DNA of 46,350 nt from Dimorphilus gyrociliatus (lineage: Eukaryota > Animalia > Annelida). Shown here piece after piece: positions 11,525 through 23,400 of the stretch. Numbering within the stretch: the stretch's first letter is position 1; each line of letters opens with the position of its first letter. The notes under the pieces were generated by a model, which was not told the origin of the DNA, made no database searches, and saw only the letters and a program-made list of their open reading frames with translations. The stretch spans positions 1 to 46,350 of the forward strand of contig CAJFCJ010000109.1 in the NCBI GenBank assembly GCA_904063045.1, given 5' to 3'. Made by a program: the position numbers and the translations under genes.

Positions 11525-13504
11525 TTATGAAACAAAAAATAGGGCAAATGATGTTAAATGCCATTCTAAGCTAAAAATATTATGTCCCGTCTCAATTGAT
11601 ACAATGTCACCTTGTTGCAAATTCACTAATCCTCCTCTGCTCATAGTCTGATAACCCATTTGACTAATTAGCCTTTGCATTCCTAACTTTTGTTCATTAT
11701 TTACCATTACATAAATTACAGATTGAGAAAATTCCCAAGTTCCAACAGATACATCAATGTAGTATAAACCGGAAACTGAAACTTGATAAGACTTATCTAC
11801 AGATGTCCAACCGGAATTTGTATCAAGAACAACTTGCTGAAAATCAATTTTTACCCTTGAAGATGTAATTAAATTTGTTGTTCTATAGGCATAAAATGCT
11901 GGACTTTCTTCACTTGCATTCAATTTAAATCCTGTCATATATGTTCTCAAAGAGTTTGACCATGTAATGCCTTCATTCAATTTTAGTGATATTCTATCAT
12001 TTTCATCCAATTGAACAATTGCCCCTCTTGACGCTTGACTATTTCCATTAGCAGTATGACCCTTGGCTAAAGACCTATCAAAAGATGCTGTCTCATTATT
12101 TACTGTTAAGCTAATCACGCATTTATGTTGAGCAGAATAGCCAGTTCCAAATTTAAAAAAATACCATCCTTTTGTTGATACTGTCAATTCAGTTCTTTCA
12201 GTGTTCAAAGATGCTCCCCTTAATGATATAATCAGTGGAAGAGGGATTGGATTTCCAGGAGTAAAAAAACTTGCGTGCGTTCCTATGAAAAATATTGTGT
12301 TGGATTCATAATGGAAACCAGACCAAGATGTTTCAAAACCATTTTCACTACCTACAGCCATAGAGTCGAATGCTTGAGCTAGATGAGGTTGGAAGAGAGG
12401 AGTCAGTGAATATATTCCAGATCTACTAGAAGTATCACTTTGATGGCTGAAACTCTGATAGAGATCTATAGTTGTACCTACATTCCTGAATCTTGTTAAG
12501 AAGGTAGTTGTTGTCCTTAAAGAAGTGGTTGCAGTATAGGATAGGAAATAGAAACCACTCTTTCTTATATTTAAAGAATTTGTTTCGGCGTTGAACAGGT
12601 CACCATTGTCATGATTTACTTTATGCCATATAATTTTTCCGGTATTTAAAGATGTAGATCTTGTCAGAGATACCATGAATGCAGGATTATGATTTAAATT
12701 GCACGGACGATTTGAGCATAGCTCTACGTCAACTGAACTTCCTGGACATTCAGCTCCTCCATTCAATGGTGGAGGATTTGTACAACTTCTCGTACGAATC
12801 TTTAAGCCATCTCCACAGGCTGGTTCACATTCACCCCATTCTGACCATTCTGACCATCCTCCTGCTATAGGACAGTTAGATTCTTCCGCAGTAACACATA
12901 TTCTCCCTAAACAGTCACGAACGTTCAATGATGGACTAAAGAAGTAGCCCTGCGGACATTGTTGAGGCCAAGCAACGCCATTGTAACAATGATAATATTG
13001 TCTACAATCATTCTTATTTGGAAAAGTCCCATTATGACCACCTTCACAATCATCATTTTTCAGATAGCAAGATTCTTTCATTGAACTTCCACCGTCAAAA
13101 TCCATTGGACATTCCGTAGCATGATCCGATCTAATAATGATTGACGAAGCTCCTCCAGGACAATCAGCCTCTTGTGGTTCAACGCAGATGGAATATTTAC
13201 AATTGGTTAAGGAGATGGTAAAAAAAAGTCCAGGAGGACATTGTTGAGGATGGGCTGTACCATTGATACAATGGTAATAGATTCCACAATACTCCGGATC
13301 AGGAAAGGATCCGTCAATGGGTTTCAGTTCAGCGTTAATTGGACAAACAAAATTCGAAAGATTATGTTCGACAGACAATAATACTATTTAAAAAAAAAGC
13401 AGGATTCAGACAGAAAGTAAAGAATTATTAAAAACAATAACAAAAAAAAAAACTTGAAATTATATATAGTACTCACACAATAGGATAATATTTAAATATT
13501 TCAT
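11525..13504 (-). CDS. Secreted 628-aa protein: signal peptide, 2x chitin-binding peritrophin-A (CBM14-like), TSP1, 3x C1q-like domains
   Basis: Exon 1 is 13504-13477 (ATG...TTG T|gtgagt). A 93-nt GT-AG intron follows, then exon 2 at 13383-11525, giving MKYLNIILLLLLSVEH. The CBM14-like motifs are FPDPEYCGIYYHC...CPPGLFF and FPNKNDCRQYYHC...CPQGYFF. TSP1 reads GGWSEWSEWGEC...RTRSCTNPPP. Three C1q-like units start at PAFMVSL, TIFFIGT and PAFYAYR, with SGFYFL / KGWYFF / SGLYYI strands and a final LVNLQQGDIV. No disablements seen. Confidence 0.9.
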
Positions 13505-13960
13505 TCTAATCCTCTTATTCTAACTATTTTAATTGGATAGCTTTTATGATTTTTATATCATTTGATATCTTGTGTTTATCTGTTCAAAAAAACAAAAAAA
13601 AGAACACTTGTCTAAACAGTTTATTTCCCACAGATCTTTCAACAATCAGATAATAATTATGCTTTGTCATAGTGTGCTGTTTATCATTGACCTGAATATT
13701 AGTCAATTTACATGTAGGAACTGCAAGGATACCTTTTAGAAAGTCTATAATTAGAATTTAGCTCAATTCATTTATGTAAACTTAACTGTAATGTTATAGT
13801 TTTCATCTCTACTCCTATCTAAATAGAACTATATTGATTCATTTTGTTTATATAAGCCTATTTGTTACAGTTGTACTACTTCATCTAATCTAAGGTTCTT
13901 TTAATATAGATATTAGACTCTGAGGGATGTTAATGATCTATATTTTGGAATTTTAAGACC

Positions 13961-13975
13961 AGTGGCGCCATCTAT
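13961..13975 (-). promoter_or_regulatory. CTCF-like site (TAGATGGCGC core)
   Basis: Plus strand gcgccatcta at 13965-13974 gives minus strand AATAGATGGCGCCACT, which resembles the invertebrate CTCF consensus. Confidence 0.45.
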
Positions 13976-14039
13976 TGAAATATATTTCCTCCTTATCTTA
14001 ATGCAGGCTCGGGTGTTATGGTAAAAAATTGAATATTGT

Positions 14040-14230
14040 ACTAAAATTATAAATGAAAGACTTAGACGCTTTTCATCAGAATAGGACTAGTGAGTATTTA
14101 CTCAATATCACTTTAACAGTGAATGTGTTGTTGTAGCATGTTAGGCAAGTTCTGTCTTCTTGGGAAGACTCAATACTTTATAAGCTGCTCAAGTGGTTAC
14201 TATAGATACTACTGGACTGGTCAAATGACT
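14040..14230 (-). mobile_element. Possible non-LTR retrotransposon 3' remnant
   Basis: A minus frame reads QEDRTCLTCYNNTFTVKVILSKY, resembling the C-x2-C...TVxHIL motif at the C-terminus of I-group LINE ORF2. The sequence is degraded. Confidence 0.3.
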
Positions 14231-14286
14231 AAAAAACTTTAATAAAAGTTCATCTTCATTCATTTTGGTCAATGTCAAGGCCAAAC

Positions 14287-14380
14287 TGATGGTTAGGGAC
14301 AAAAATGCGGAAATTAATTTACCAACAGTTGGATTAGGGTTAGGGTTAAAATGCAAAATTGGGGACATTTCATCCGCATC
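14287..14380 (+). mobile_element. Diverged telomere-motif MITE copy
   Basis: ttagggttagggttaaaatgcaaaattggggacatttcatccgcatc mirrors the family right end. A related remnant lies at ~15483-15541. Confidence 0.5.
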
Positions 14381-14653
14381 ATTGAAAGAATCACCTTTAC
14401 AAATTTAAGAAAAGGGGTAACTTCTAAGTGTTTTTACTATAGCTGTTCTTAGAGTTGAGTCAGTTAGAATACTTCCATAAAAGCTGAATCTAGGGTAATG
14501 GTTAAATTGTCAATTGACTCTTTATTATGTCTTTTCCTTTTCATAGATGACTTGACTAGAGCTATATTTAGTTATTCCGTTTCCTAGGCAATCAATTGAT
14601 AAAGTGAATTTTTTTGAAAATTAATGAAAATTTGTCAGTTCCCTAGATATTGT

Positions 14654-14798
14654 AATTAGCCTTCCTAAATGTTGAACTTTTGTAAAATCCTGTTACTAAA
14701 GATAAATATAAACTAGACAGTTTGGCAGTTGCAAAGTGATGATTGAATATAAGAGGCAGACTTCAAAGTATATAAATTCTCACTGGTTTCATTCCAAT
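14654..14798. repeat. Dispersed repeat, copy 1 (paired with 34973-35115); probable LINE endonuclease relic
   Basis: About 80% identical by eye to 34973-35115 (aattagccttcctaaatgttgaac...aaactagacagttt...). The minus frame has an S/F-NHH-F-xxxKL segment resembling the APE SDH motif. Confidence 0.75.
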
Positions 14799-15101
14799 CA
14801 TCATCTCTCAATCTAATCATCTAAAAAGATCATTTGGAAACATCCTCCACTGGAAGAAGCCTTCCGTCTCTCAACTAACCCTAACCCTGACATTTTATTT
14901 TTAAATGAATGAGACAATCTACGCTAAATAAAAAAAAGTGATTTTTCTAATCCTGATTTAATATCAAAGAATTGAACTCTCATCTCTCTCTCTCTCTCTC
15001 TGTCTAGCACTATATCATCCATTATCTCATTATCCAAATAATCTTATTTACGCCAAAATTATCTATTCTGTAATTTCGTCTCTTAGGGTTAGGGTTAAAT
15101 A

Positions 15102-15290
15102 ATGGAAAAAATTGCCAAAGTTTTATTCATCATATTATTAAATTTGATAGAAAGTTACCAAAGAGATACGACAAATTTTTAAAACCTAATGGTACTCTCA
15201 ATGTTTCCGTTGGATTGGCTTTTGATTGATATTCTTGAAATTCGAGATGAATTGATCACTTTTAACGTTTGGGAGAGACTGGTATTCTTT
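15102..15290 (+). pseudogene. Cys-loop ligand-gated ion channel (nAChR-like) 5' relic
   Basis: Signal-like MEKIAKVLFIILLNLIES, then across frameshifts RYDKFLKPNGTLNVSVGLA / LIDILEIRDELITFNVWERL|gtatt. This matches the YD..P...V.V.L.L..I..DE...T.NVW.R pattern of the ligand-binding domain N-terminus. No downstream exons recognised. Confidence 0.6.
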
Positions 15291-16239
15291 CCTTCTAACA
15301 ACACTACTTTTAGAAGTTTTAGAAATTGATTGTTTTAAAACAGGAAAATCCATTGTTCATCAAAATGTCATTTCACAATTGACTTCCGCCCCTAATTTCT
15401 TGACAGTTTGTCATCTATAACTTTTTGCAAAATGACAGAAAAAAAGGGACTAAAAACTCATTTTTTAAATAAAAGATAGTCTAAGGTCAAGGTTAGATTA
15501 GGGTCAAACTGCAAATTCATAAACATTTTTCGTTGCATTCGTATATTCCATCTTTCTTTCTTTCTTAAAAGTAAAAAACGTTTTCATAGCCGAATTTTTA
15601 GGAGTATTTTAATAATCATTCTATTTTTGAATTTTTTCCCATCAGTTTCAGCTAACCCTTTTGCCATATATCACATACTTTAGTTTGGAAATTCTAATCT
15701 AATCATTTGAGTGGGTCACCTGGAAACCAATTGAGAAAGAAGAAGAATACCTTTCTAAAAAGTTGCATAGCTTGCCTATGGAGGGTGAGAACACCTTTTA
15801 TTGATTGGTGTCTTCTTATTTCTTATAACCATTAGAACCATGTATTATGAATATTGTTTAAAGTTAAAGCATATTTTATTTTGGCAGAGTATGCCTTTGA
15901 ATGAACATGGAAGAGAAATTTTAGCAAAAAAAAGGTAAAGAATGTTAATTAGCAATTTTTAAATTTAATTTAAAAAATTCAACTGAAAATATTCAACTGA
16001 TTAGATTCAATTTAACTTTTTTTTGTAAAATCTCCTAACCATATTAATCAATTTTTCAGTATTTTATTATTAATTATTAGCCCTAAAACCTATTTTTTTT
16101 CTTTTCATCAATACTAGCTATACTCTTAATTATAGAAATTGGATCACAATCTATTCCAGCAGACCCTGACTATAATCTAAATCCTACAGACAAGCCTTGC
16201 AGTAAACAGAATTCATCTCAATCTGATGAGTGAAATTGT

Positions 16240-16640
16240 AAAATACAGAAGCATTGTTTGGTAAAGATTCCTAATAGAATATATATGGTTAAACTGCTAA
16301 CTCCATACAATATGTAGAGCTTTTGAAGAGGTTCAGAAAGAATCTGCATAGGAATTAGATCATGACAATGCCTGACCTCATGCCAGTCCTGTACACAATA
16401 GATTTCATTAGAAATCAGGGATGGTCTATATATCCCCATCCACCATACAACCTTGATTTGGCCCCATCTGATCACTACCTGTTTGAACAACCAAAAGAGC
16501 ATGTCAAGGGTGTTGACAATGATAGTTTAGATGAACTAAAAAAACATTTCAGGGAATTTCTGAAGAGAAAGCCATCCTCCTTTTATTTAAATGCCATTGA
16601 CATACATCTGTTCAAAGGGTAGACATGATTGAGCAATAGA
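16240..16640 (+). mobile_element. Mariner transposase C-terminal relic
   Basis: ANSIQYVELLKRF, HDNA (16361-16372), HPPYNLDLAPSDHYLF and a terminal GDY-like motif. Confidence 0.9.
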
Positions 16641-16804
16641 TGGGACTATTATATCATTATATAATGATTGTTTCATAATAATAAAGTAACACCAGATTTT
16701 TGCCAATATATATTGAGTAAATATATATTTAAATGTATTGAGTAAAATCAGTTCCCAATCCAACAGTCAGTTTAACTCTGTAACTTTAGAGTGATATATA
16801 AAGG

Positions 16805-17190
16805 TAGAGAGTAATTATTCAATTTCTTGCATCACAGCAAGCTATGACAACTGAAAGCTTAGTGAAAGTTCAGTAAGGAGGCAGGTTAGAGAATTTAAAG
16901 AAGCAAGAACAAATATACTTGACAATGACAGGCAAGGACACTTAAGAACAATTCAGTAACAATGAAAATAATGAAAGAGTTATGGCACTCATCAGAGATA
17001 AAAGGAGAATAAGCTATCATGAGATATCCCAAACATTGAATATAGGTCATGGAGCTATTGAATGTTTGATTTCAAGTCATGGCATGAAAAAGATTGTGTG
17101 AAGATGGATTTCCCAACCAACATCTTTGGGGGTCAGAAAGATGGAAGGGTGAAGAATTGTACAGAACTCTTAGAAAAGTATGTAAAAGAA
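16805..17190 (+). mobile_element. Mariner transposase N-terminal (HTH) relic, same family as 1240-2040
   Basis: RVIIQFL, SESSVRRQVREFK, NENNERVMALIRDKRRISYHEISQTLNIGHG, RW.., QKDGRVKNCTELLEKY. Shares acagaactcttagaaaagtat with the minus copy at ~1637-1657. Confidence 0.85.
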
Positions 17191-17422
17191 ATTGCCATGT
17201 GGCTTAGTGCCTTGATAAAAATGGGGAATTTAAAGATAAAAAGACATAAGCATATTACATAATTATTTCTGTAGCTCTAAGAACACTAACCCTGATTAAA
17301 ACTTTCAGGGTGCCTCTAATAGCTTAGAATAGAAACAAAAGTTGTAGATTAGTCACCAAAAAACACAAAGAAATTTATTTTGCCTACTTTGGTACTAATA
17401 TTCTTTTTTAAATATTACAAAA

Positions 17423-20400
17423 TCAGTTTGAAGTCATAAATGTGTGTCGTTTTTGGAGAATTTTCCTTATTATTGATCCAAGAGTGTAAATATCGCTAAA
17501 TTCTCTTCCAGGTTCTTTGCGACTCAAATAATGCAAATATAAATAAAAGTTGGATGTTTCAATCTAAGAAAAGAGAAAAAAAAATAACCTAAACAGTTTA
17601 GAATAAAATATTGAATTAAAAAAAAGAACACAAAACTTCATAGAATATATTTTCTATTGAAAAATCACCATTCAATGCAAAGTTATGATTATGAATAGAA
17701 AATAGAGAATTTGTTAAATCTAGAATTAATTTTTGATATTGAAAATTTTGAAAAAAATCATTATCTATTGTAATTTTTTCAAATTGTATTTCATTATAAG
17801 AATCAAATAGAATCAATTTATTCTTTCTTCTATTTTTCATAAATTCAATACCTGGAACAAAATTTAGAATAAATCATAAATAAATGATTTATTTATATTT
17901 TTTGGTTAAATCTATTTATAAATTATTTAATGGTTATCCAAATTATTTTTAACTTAAAGTCTATTAGAGATAAAAGGATACTTTACAAGAATTATAAGTT
18001 TCTGTAAGAAGCTTTTCATTTGAGATAATTCTTTTGAAAAATAATAAGATGAATTTTTGAATTTGTAGCTAATATTTACTTTTCATTCTTTGTCTTCTGC
18101 TTTACAAAATCTAGATTTCTATTTATTGCATCTATTGTCAAAAGAATTGGATTCAAGATAGAATTGAATGGTAACATTAATGCAAATATTAAATCTTTAG
18201 TATTTAGTTTAATGAGGTTATTTGAATCTAAAATTCCTGTTAAAAAAATAGATTATTGTTCTAGCAAAATGGCATGCTCTTTTTTTAAGAAAAGCAAAAC
18301 CTGTTGTTGAAATTGGAATCCATAATAGAAAATTTGAAAAGCTATTGATTATAAATGTAGTTTTCACTTTCCTCATCACATTGAAATTGCCTTTTTCATC
18401 AGTTTTAAATCTCTCATAAGATTTCCTTATAATAAATATAATATGAAAATTTAATACGAAAATAATACAGCTCATCCCAATCATAAGAATTATAATAAAT
18501 ACGAAAGTAACCGCGTGAAGATGGTGATAATTCAATGAAAAAATTGCAAAACAAAATGATGTTTGACTGTGAAAATTCTAAAATAAAGTTACAAATAGAA
18601 ATTTGAAATATAGATGTTTATATATAAAAACAAAAAAAATAAACAACTTTGTCTAAAATAAATGGTATCATTGACAAAAGAAAACATGAAACTATTGCAA
18701 GAACAACCATAACTAATGCCTGACTTTTAACACCATCTGAACTCTTTAAAGGATCTAAAACTGCTATATGCCTTATTATTGTTGCAATGAATAGACTGGT
18801 TGTTGACATTAATAGTGAAAATGTCATAAAGAAACCTAATATTTTACAAAATGCTGTCCCTCTCCAATATGACTCATTTTCAAGAAATGTTTGATCAAAA
18901 TATGTGTCAACTATCACCAAGGTCAAAGTGTAAAGTGAAATTATTAAATCACTTAGATTGATTAACAAAGATAAATATTTTGAAATGTGTTTTATTGATA
19001 AATTAAATAATATTGAAATTATATTTCCAATACAACCAACAATTCCATAAAACCAACTCAACAATTTTTGAATTTTTGATTTTATTAAATTTGAACAAAT
19101 TGGATAAGTTTTTACAAATGGCTGACATTTTGAAAATTTATTATTATATTTCTGAAAAAGGCAACAGATTTTTTGATTGTCGCCTAGGATATTATCAATT
19201 GTTTGTAATTTTTGTATAGCAGACGACAATTCATCTAATGGAATACTGCTATTCATTAACATAAGTTTACTCAATTGATCAAAATGTGAGAAAGACATTT
19301 CTTCAATATTTTGTATATGACAATTCATAATAATTAATGTATGTAAATGGGTCAATGTTTGAAAATCTATATTTGAAATTATATATACTCTACTATAAGA
19401 AATATTTAAAATTTTTAAATGAGTAGATTGAAAATTATTTAAAAATGACAATGACAAAATTGGATTGTTTGCAATTGTAAAATTTTGTAGTAGATTATAT
19501 CTGTAAGTTAAAATTTTATCTTCACTATTTAATCTGTTATCAATCAATGATAAGGATACTAAATTTGGGAAATAATGAAATTTCCTTTTAAAGTATACAG
19601 AATTTTGGCTAATTGCCAAAATTAATAAATGTGTTGAATTTTCCAGTAAATTTAGCATATGTAAAAATTCACCACCAAAAATTGTTAATTTTTTAACATA
19701 TTCTATATTTTCATCAATTATCGCTCTCTCCCAATTTTCTTTAGTAATACTTGAAACTTTTTCCAAATTGCATATAAAAGAAAATTTTGATTCATTTACG
19801 CAATAGGGACGTTTTAAAATTGGAATTTTACATAAAAGTTCATCACTACCATCCAAACAATCAATAATATCGTCACAAATTCGATTTAAAATGAAAAATT
19901 GTTTACTACTTTGGCATTTAAAATAACCTTCAGCAGTGAAATTATCTTATAAAAGGACAAAAGTAAATTTCATTTGTTTTCAAGGTCAAATATTTGACTT
20001 TGTTGTTACCACAGCCAATTTCATCATCATGTTGAAAGCATTGATGAATGCCATCACAAATGAAATTTATAGAAATACAATACTGTTCCCTATGACAAAG
20101 ATAAAATCCAGGTGGACAAAATGTTTTATTACAGAAACCATCATTGCTAAAGAGATCAGTGATTGGATGTCCCATTGAAGATATATCATAGAAACAATAA
20201 TCATTTCTCTTTTTACTTTGATAAAATGATTCTCCAATCATTTTATCATAGCAGTTAAAGTGTAACCCATCTCCATAGGCCTTTGGCAAACACGAATTAT
20301 CACATAGAAACTGGTGTTTGTAATTGCAAGCTAAAGTAGAAAGAGGGAAATAACAACTTTCCATTTTTGGTAAATTCAATGCTTACTTTTAATATAAATT

Positions 20401-23400
20401 TTATTCAGGGCTTTGTTATTAAGGCAAATTTCATCACTAGAATCAAAGCAGTTTCTCTCATTGTTACAAATTTTATTCTGTTTTACACATTGCTTATTTG
20501 AGCATTTTCTATAAAGTAAACAACAAGGTTTTCAGCTTTTTACTTGGAATTTTGTTCAGCAGATACTAAAGTTTCAAGTTCACAGTTCACCTAAAAGTAG
20601 CCTGTCTGAAAAGGAGTTGTTTGAACAATCCCCATCAAACAATGGCCACTTTTAGGACAACTATTACTTAGTAGGTCAACTTGGCTTTTTTATTTAATAT
20701 GAAAATTTAAAATTATGCCTTTTCAGCCTAGTTGACCAATTGCAAAAGGAAAAATGACTTTATTACAGCTCATTAAATGAACAGCTTGGATAGGCTGAAA
20801 AGGTAAGAAGAAGAAAAAAAAAGCATTATATTTTCATTTTTAAAAGCAAAAAAACATGCCACAATGCAACTCATCAGAACCATCCAGACAATCATTATTA
20901 TAATTACAAACAAGGATATAATCTATTGTTTGTTGTCCTGAATGACATTGAAAAAAATGCCTTTTATCAATAGAACAATTGTTTTTCTCATTGCTTAAAG
21001 AACAATCAATATTGTTGTCACACTTGAATGCTTCATTGAGGAAGATTTTCCTCTTTTTGCATAAATAGATATTCTGCATTGACAGAGAAGAATTTACATT
21101 GAAAGATGTTTTAATTTTAACTCTTTCAACAGAAGCTAATTATAAGAAAAAGTTAAAATTATAAAGTTTGTATAGAAACATTGGAGGAAGGAGAAAAACT
21201 TCCATTAACTTGAAGTTTTACCCTAACCGCGGCCATTTTACTGGTTGGGCCACGGCATAGATTGAGAGCTATGTAAGGTAAAACTTTGAAATGGAAGTGA
21301 GTTTTTCCCATCTCCAACATTGTTTGTTATATACATAATATTTCCTGACAAACAATTAACTTTGAATAGAGATTTTTACAGGCAGTTGTATATATTCTAT
21401 CATTAATTTCGCCTTCTTTCCTGTGAATCTGTAATGTTGGAGAGATAAGATAATTGAAAAATTGTTAACAAAAAAATTGTTTACCATTTCAAAATTTCTA
21501 AAACATTGATTTTTTTTTTTTAAATCAAATTTTTCATTAAAATACAAATCTTCATTAAAATTAACATATTTATAGTAATCTGTCTTTGTAAAAATATTAA
21601 TATTTCTATAATGAAATCACCTATTTTGACAAACCAAATTTAATATTTGGTAGAGATAAATCAAATTCACTTCCGGTTACATAAATACTTTTATTTCTGA
21701 AGATATTAAAATTTTGTGAGTATACCTGAAAATTAACTCTGATCTCTTTGCTACCACAAAAACCATGACCTATGACCTAGGATTTCGAAAAGACTAACCA
21801 ACCTGTATCCTTTACTAGAGACTTTTAATTCTAAAAAAGTGTTATTGATTTGAGAAGATTAAAACAGAGATTTTCTCTTTTATACTTATATATTGAATAA
21901 GATTTTCAGTATTGTTTTCTTTAAGTAGAATGATATTTTTGAAATAATCAAAAACAAATTGACTTTTAAATGTTGGATAATCCAACAAAGTTAAATTTCT
22001 CTTTAAACAAAATTCTTCCATTTCCAGAACATTTTTCTTTTTTTTAATTGTATAAAATGAATAGCAAGTGTCATAAATCATAAACACGTGATCATTCTCT
22101 CCTCTGCATAATTTACTTGAACGATTTGAACATTCAACAGAATATGCAAACCATTGTTTTGAATTTCTTTATTGATTGATAGAAGTAAGATTTTGTTGCA
22201 GTCAATCACACTACTCACCCATATTTTATCTTACAATCTGTAAAACTGGATGCATTTTTTGAACAAATTAACGTTTCGTGAATATTTATTTTTATATTTT
22301 TTTCCACTTTAAAAAACATCTTATAATATTTAACAATTGTTCCATAATTAAATCCAAAAAATGAGCAAATTCTCATCATGGTATTATAGGATAAATACAT
22401 AAAATCATACCAGTTGTTTTTGTAATATAATTGAAAATTTCCAGAAAACTTGTCAAATTTACCCTGAGTTTGATATGAGTATAGTGAAATTGTGTTGGAT
22501 TTCAATCTAGAATCTAGTAGTTAGTTTTTAAATTGGACAATTAAGAATAAAAGAAAAATAAAAGAAAATAAAACACTTTATTACAAAAGCTCTTTGGAGT
22601 AATTACACATTTTGAAGAGAGAAGATAGATACTTCCATATGATATTTCCGGTCCATTAAGACAAAGATGATTCTGATATACCTCAAGAAATGGAACCTGC
22701 AATTAAATAATTATTTACAATCAAAAAAATCACAACAGCCTGTCTTCTTTCTTATTACATTTTTTAATAAAACTAGCTTGCTATGGCAATAATCTGAAAA
22801 AAGTCCTAATTTTTCACAAAATAATTTACATAAAATTGAATGTTCATAAACTGGTTGAGAAGTAAATGGAAAAATTGATCCATAACTTTTGGATTCAATA
22901 TAAAATTCACTATATAAATTGTCTTCCATTTCTAATTCACTTGATAGATTTCTATCTTTTTCTATTGTTTTTATTTCGTATTCTATGATAAATCAAAACT
23001 GATTCGTTAGGGTAAGTTTTTGGGTCATTTCTAGGGTTATAATATTTTTCAGTTAATGTAGAGTTGAACTGAGGGTTAGGAAGCAGAAAGTGGGGCATAA
23101 GTTAAGGGTAAAACACCAAAAACTGAACCATTTTCTTCCAGACCCTCCTGTCCCCCCCCCCCAACCCAAAAAAAGGGGTAAAATTTGTCAATTACGAACC
23201 GTTAAGATAGAAAAATTGACAAGATAAAGATTTAATATTCCAAAGTAAACCTTTTTTATCTTCTAACCAAATGAATGAATTGTTTTGCAGTAGAACTGCA
23301 AAACCAGTCAAATTTAACAAAATATGAGGAATAATAAATTCAGATTTTTCGCATATATCGTTGTCTTTTGGTAAAAGGGAATCCGTAAGAATTTGATAAG

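Noticed and set aside
16223-16236. CTGATGAGTGAAA as a hammerhead core
   Set aside because: No stem II between the two core segments.
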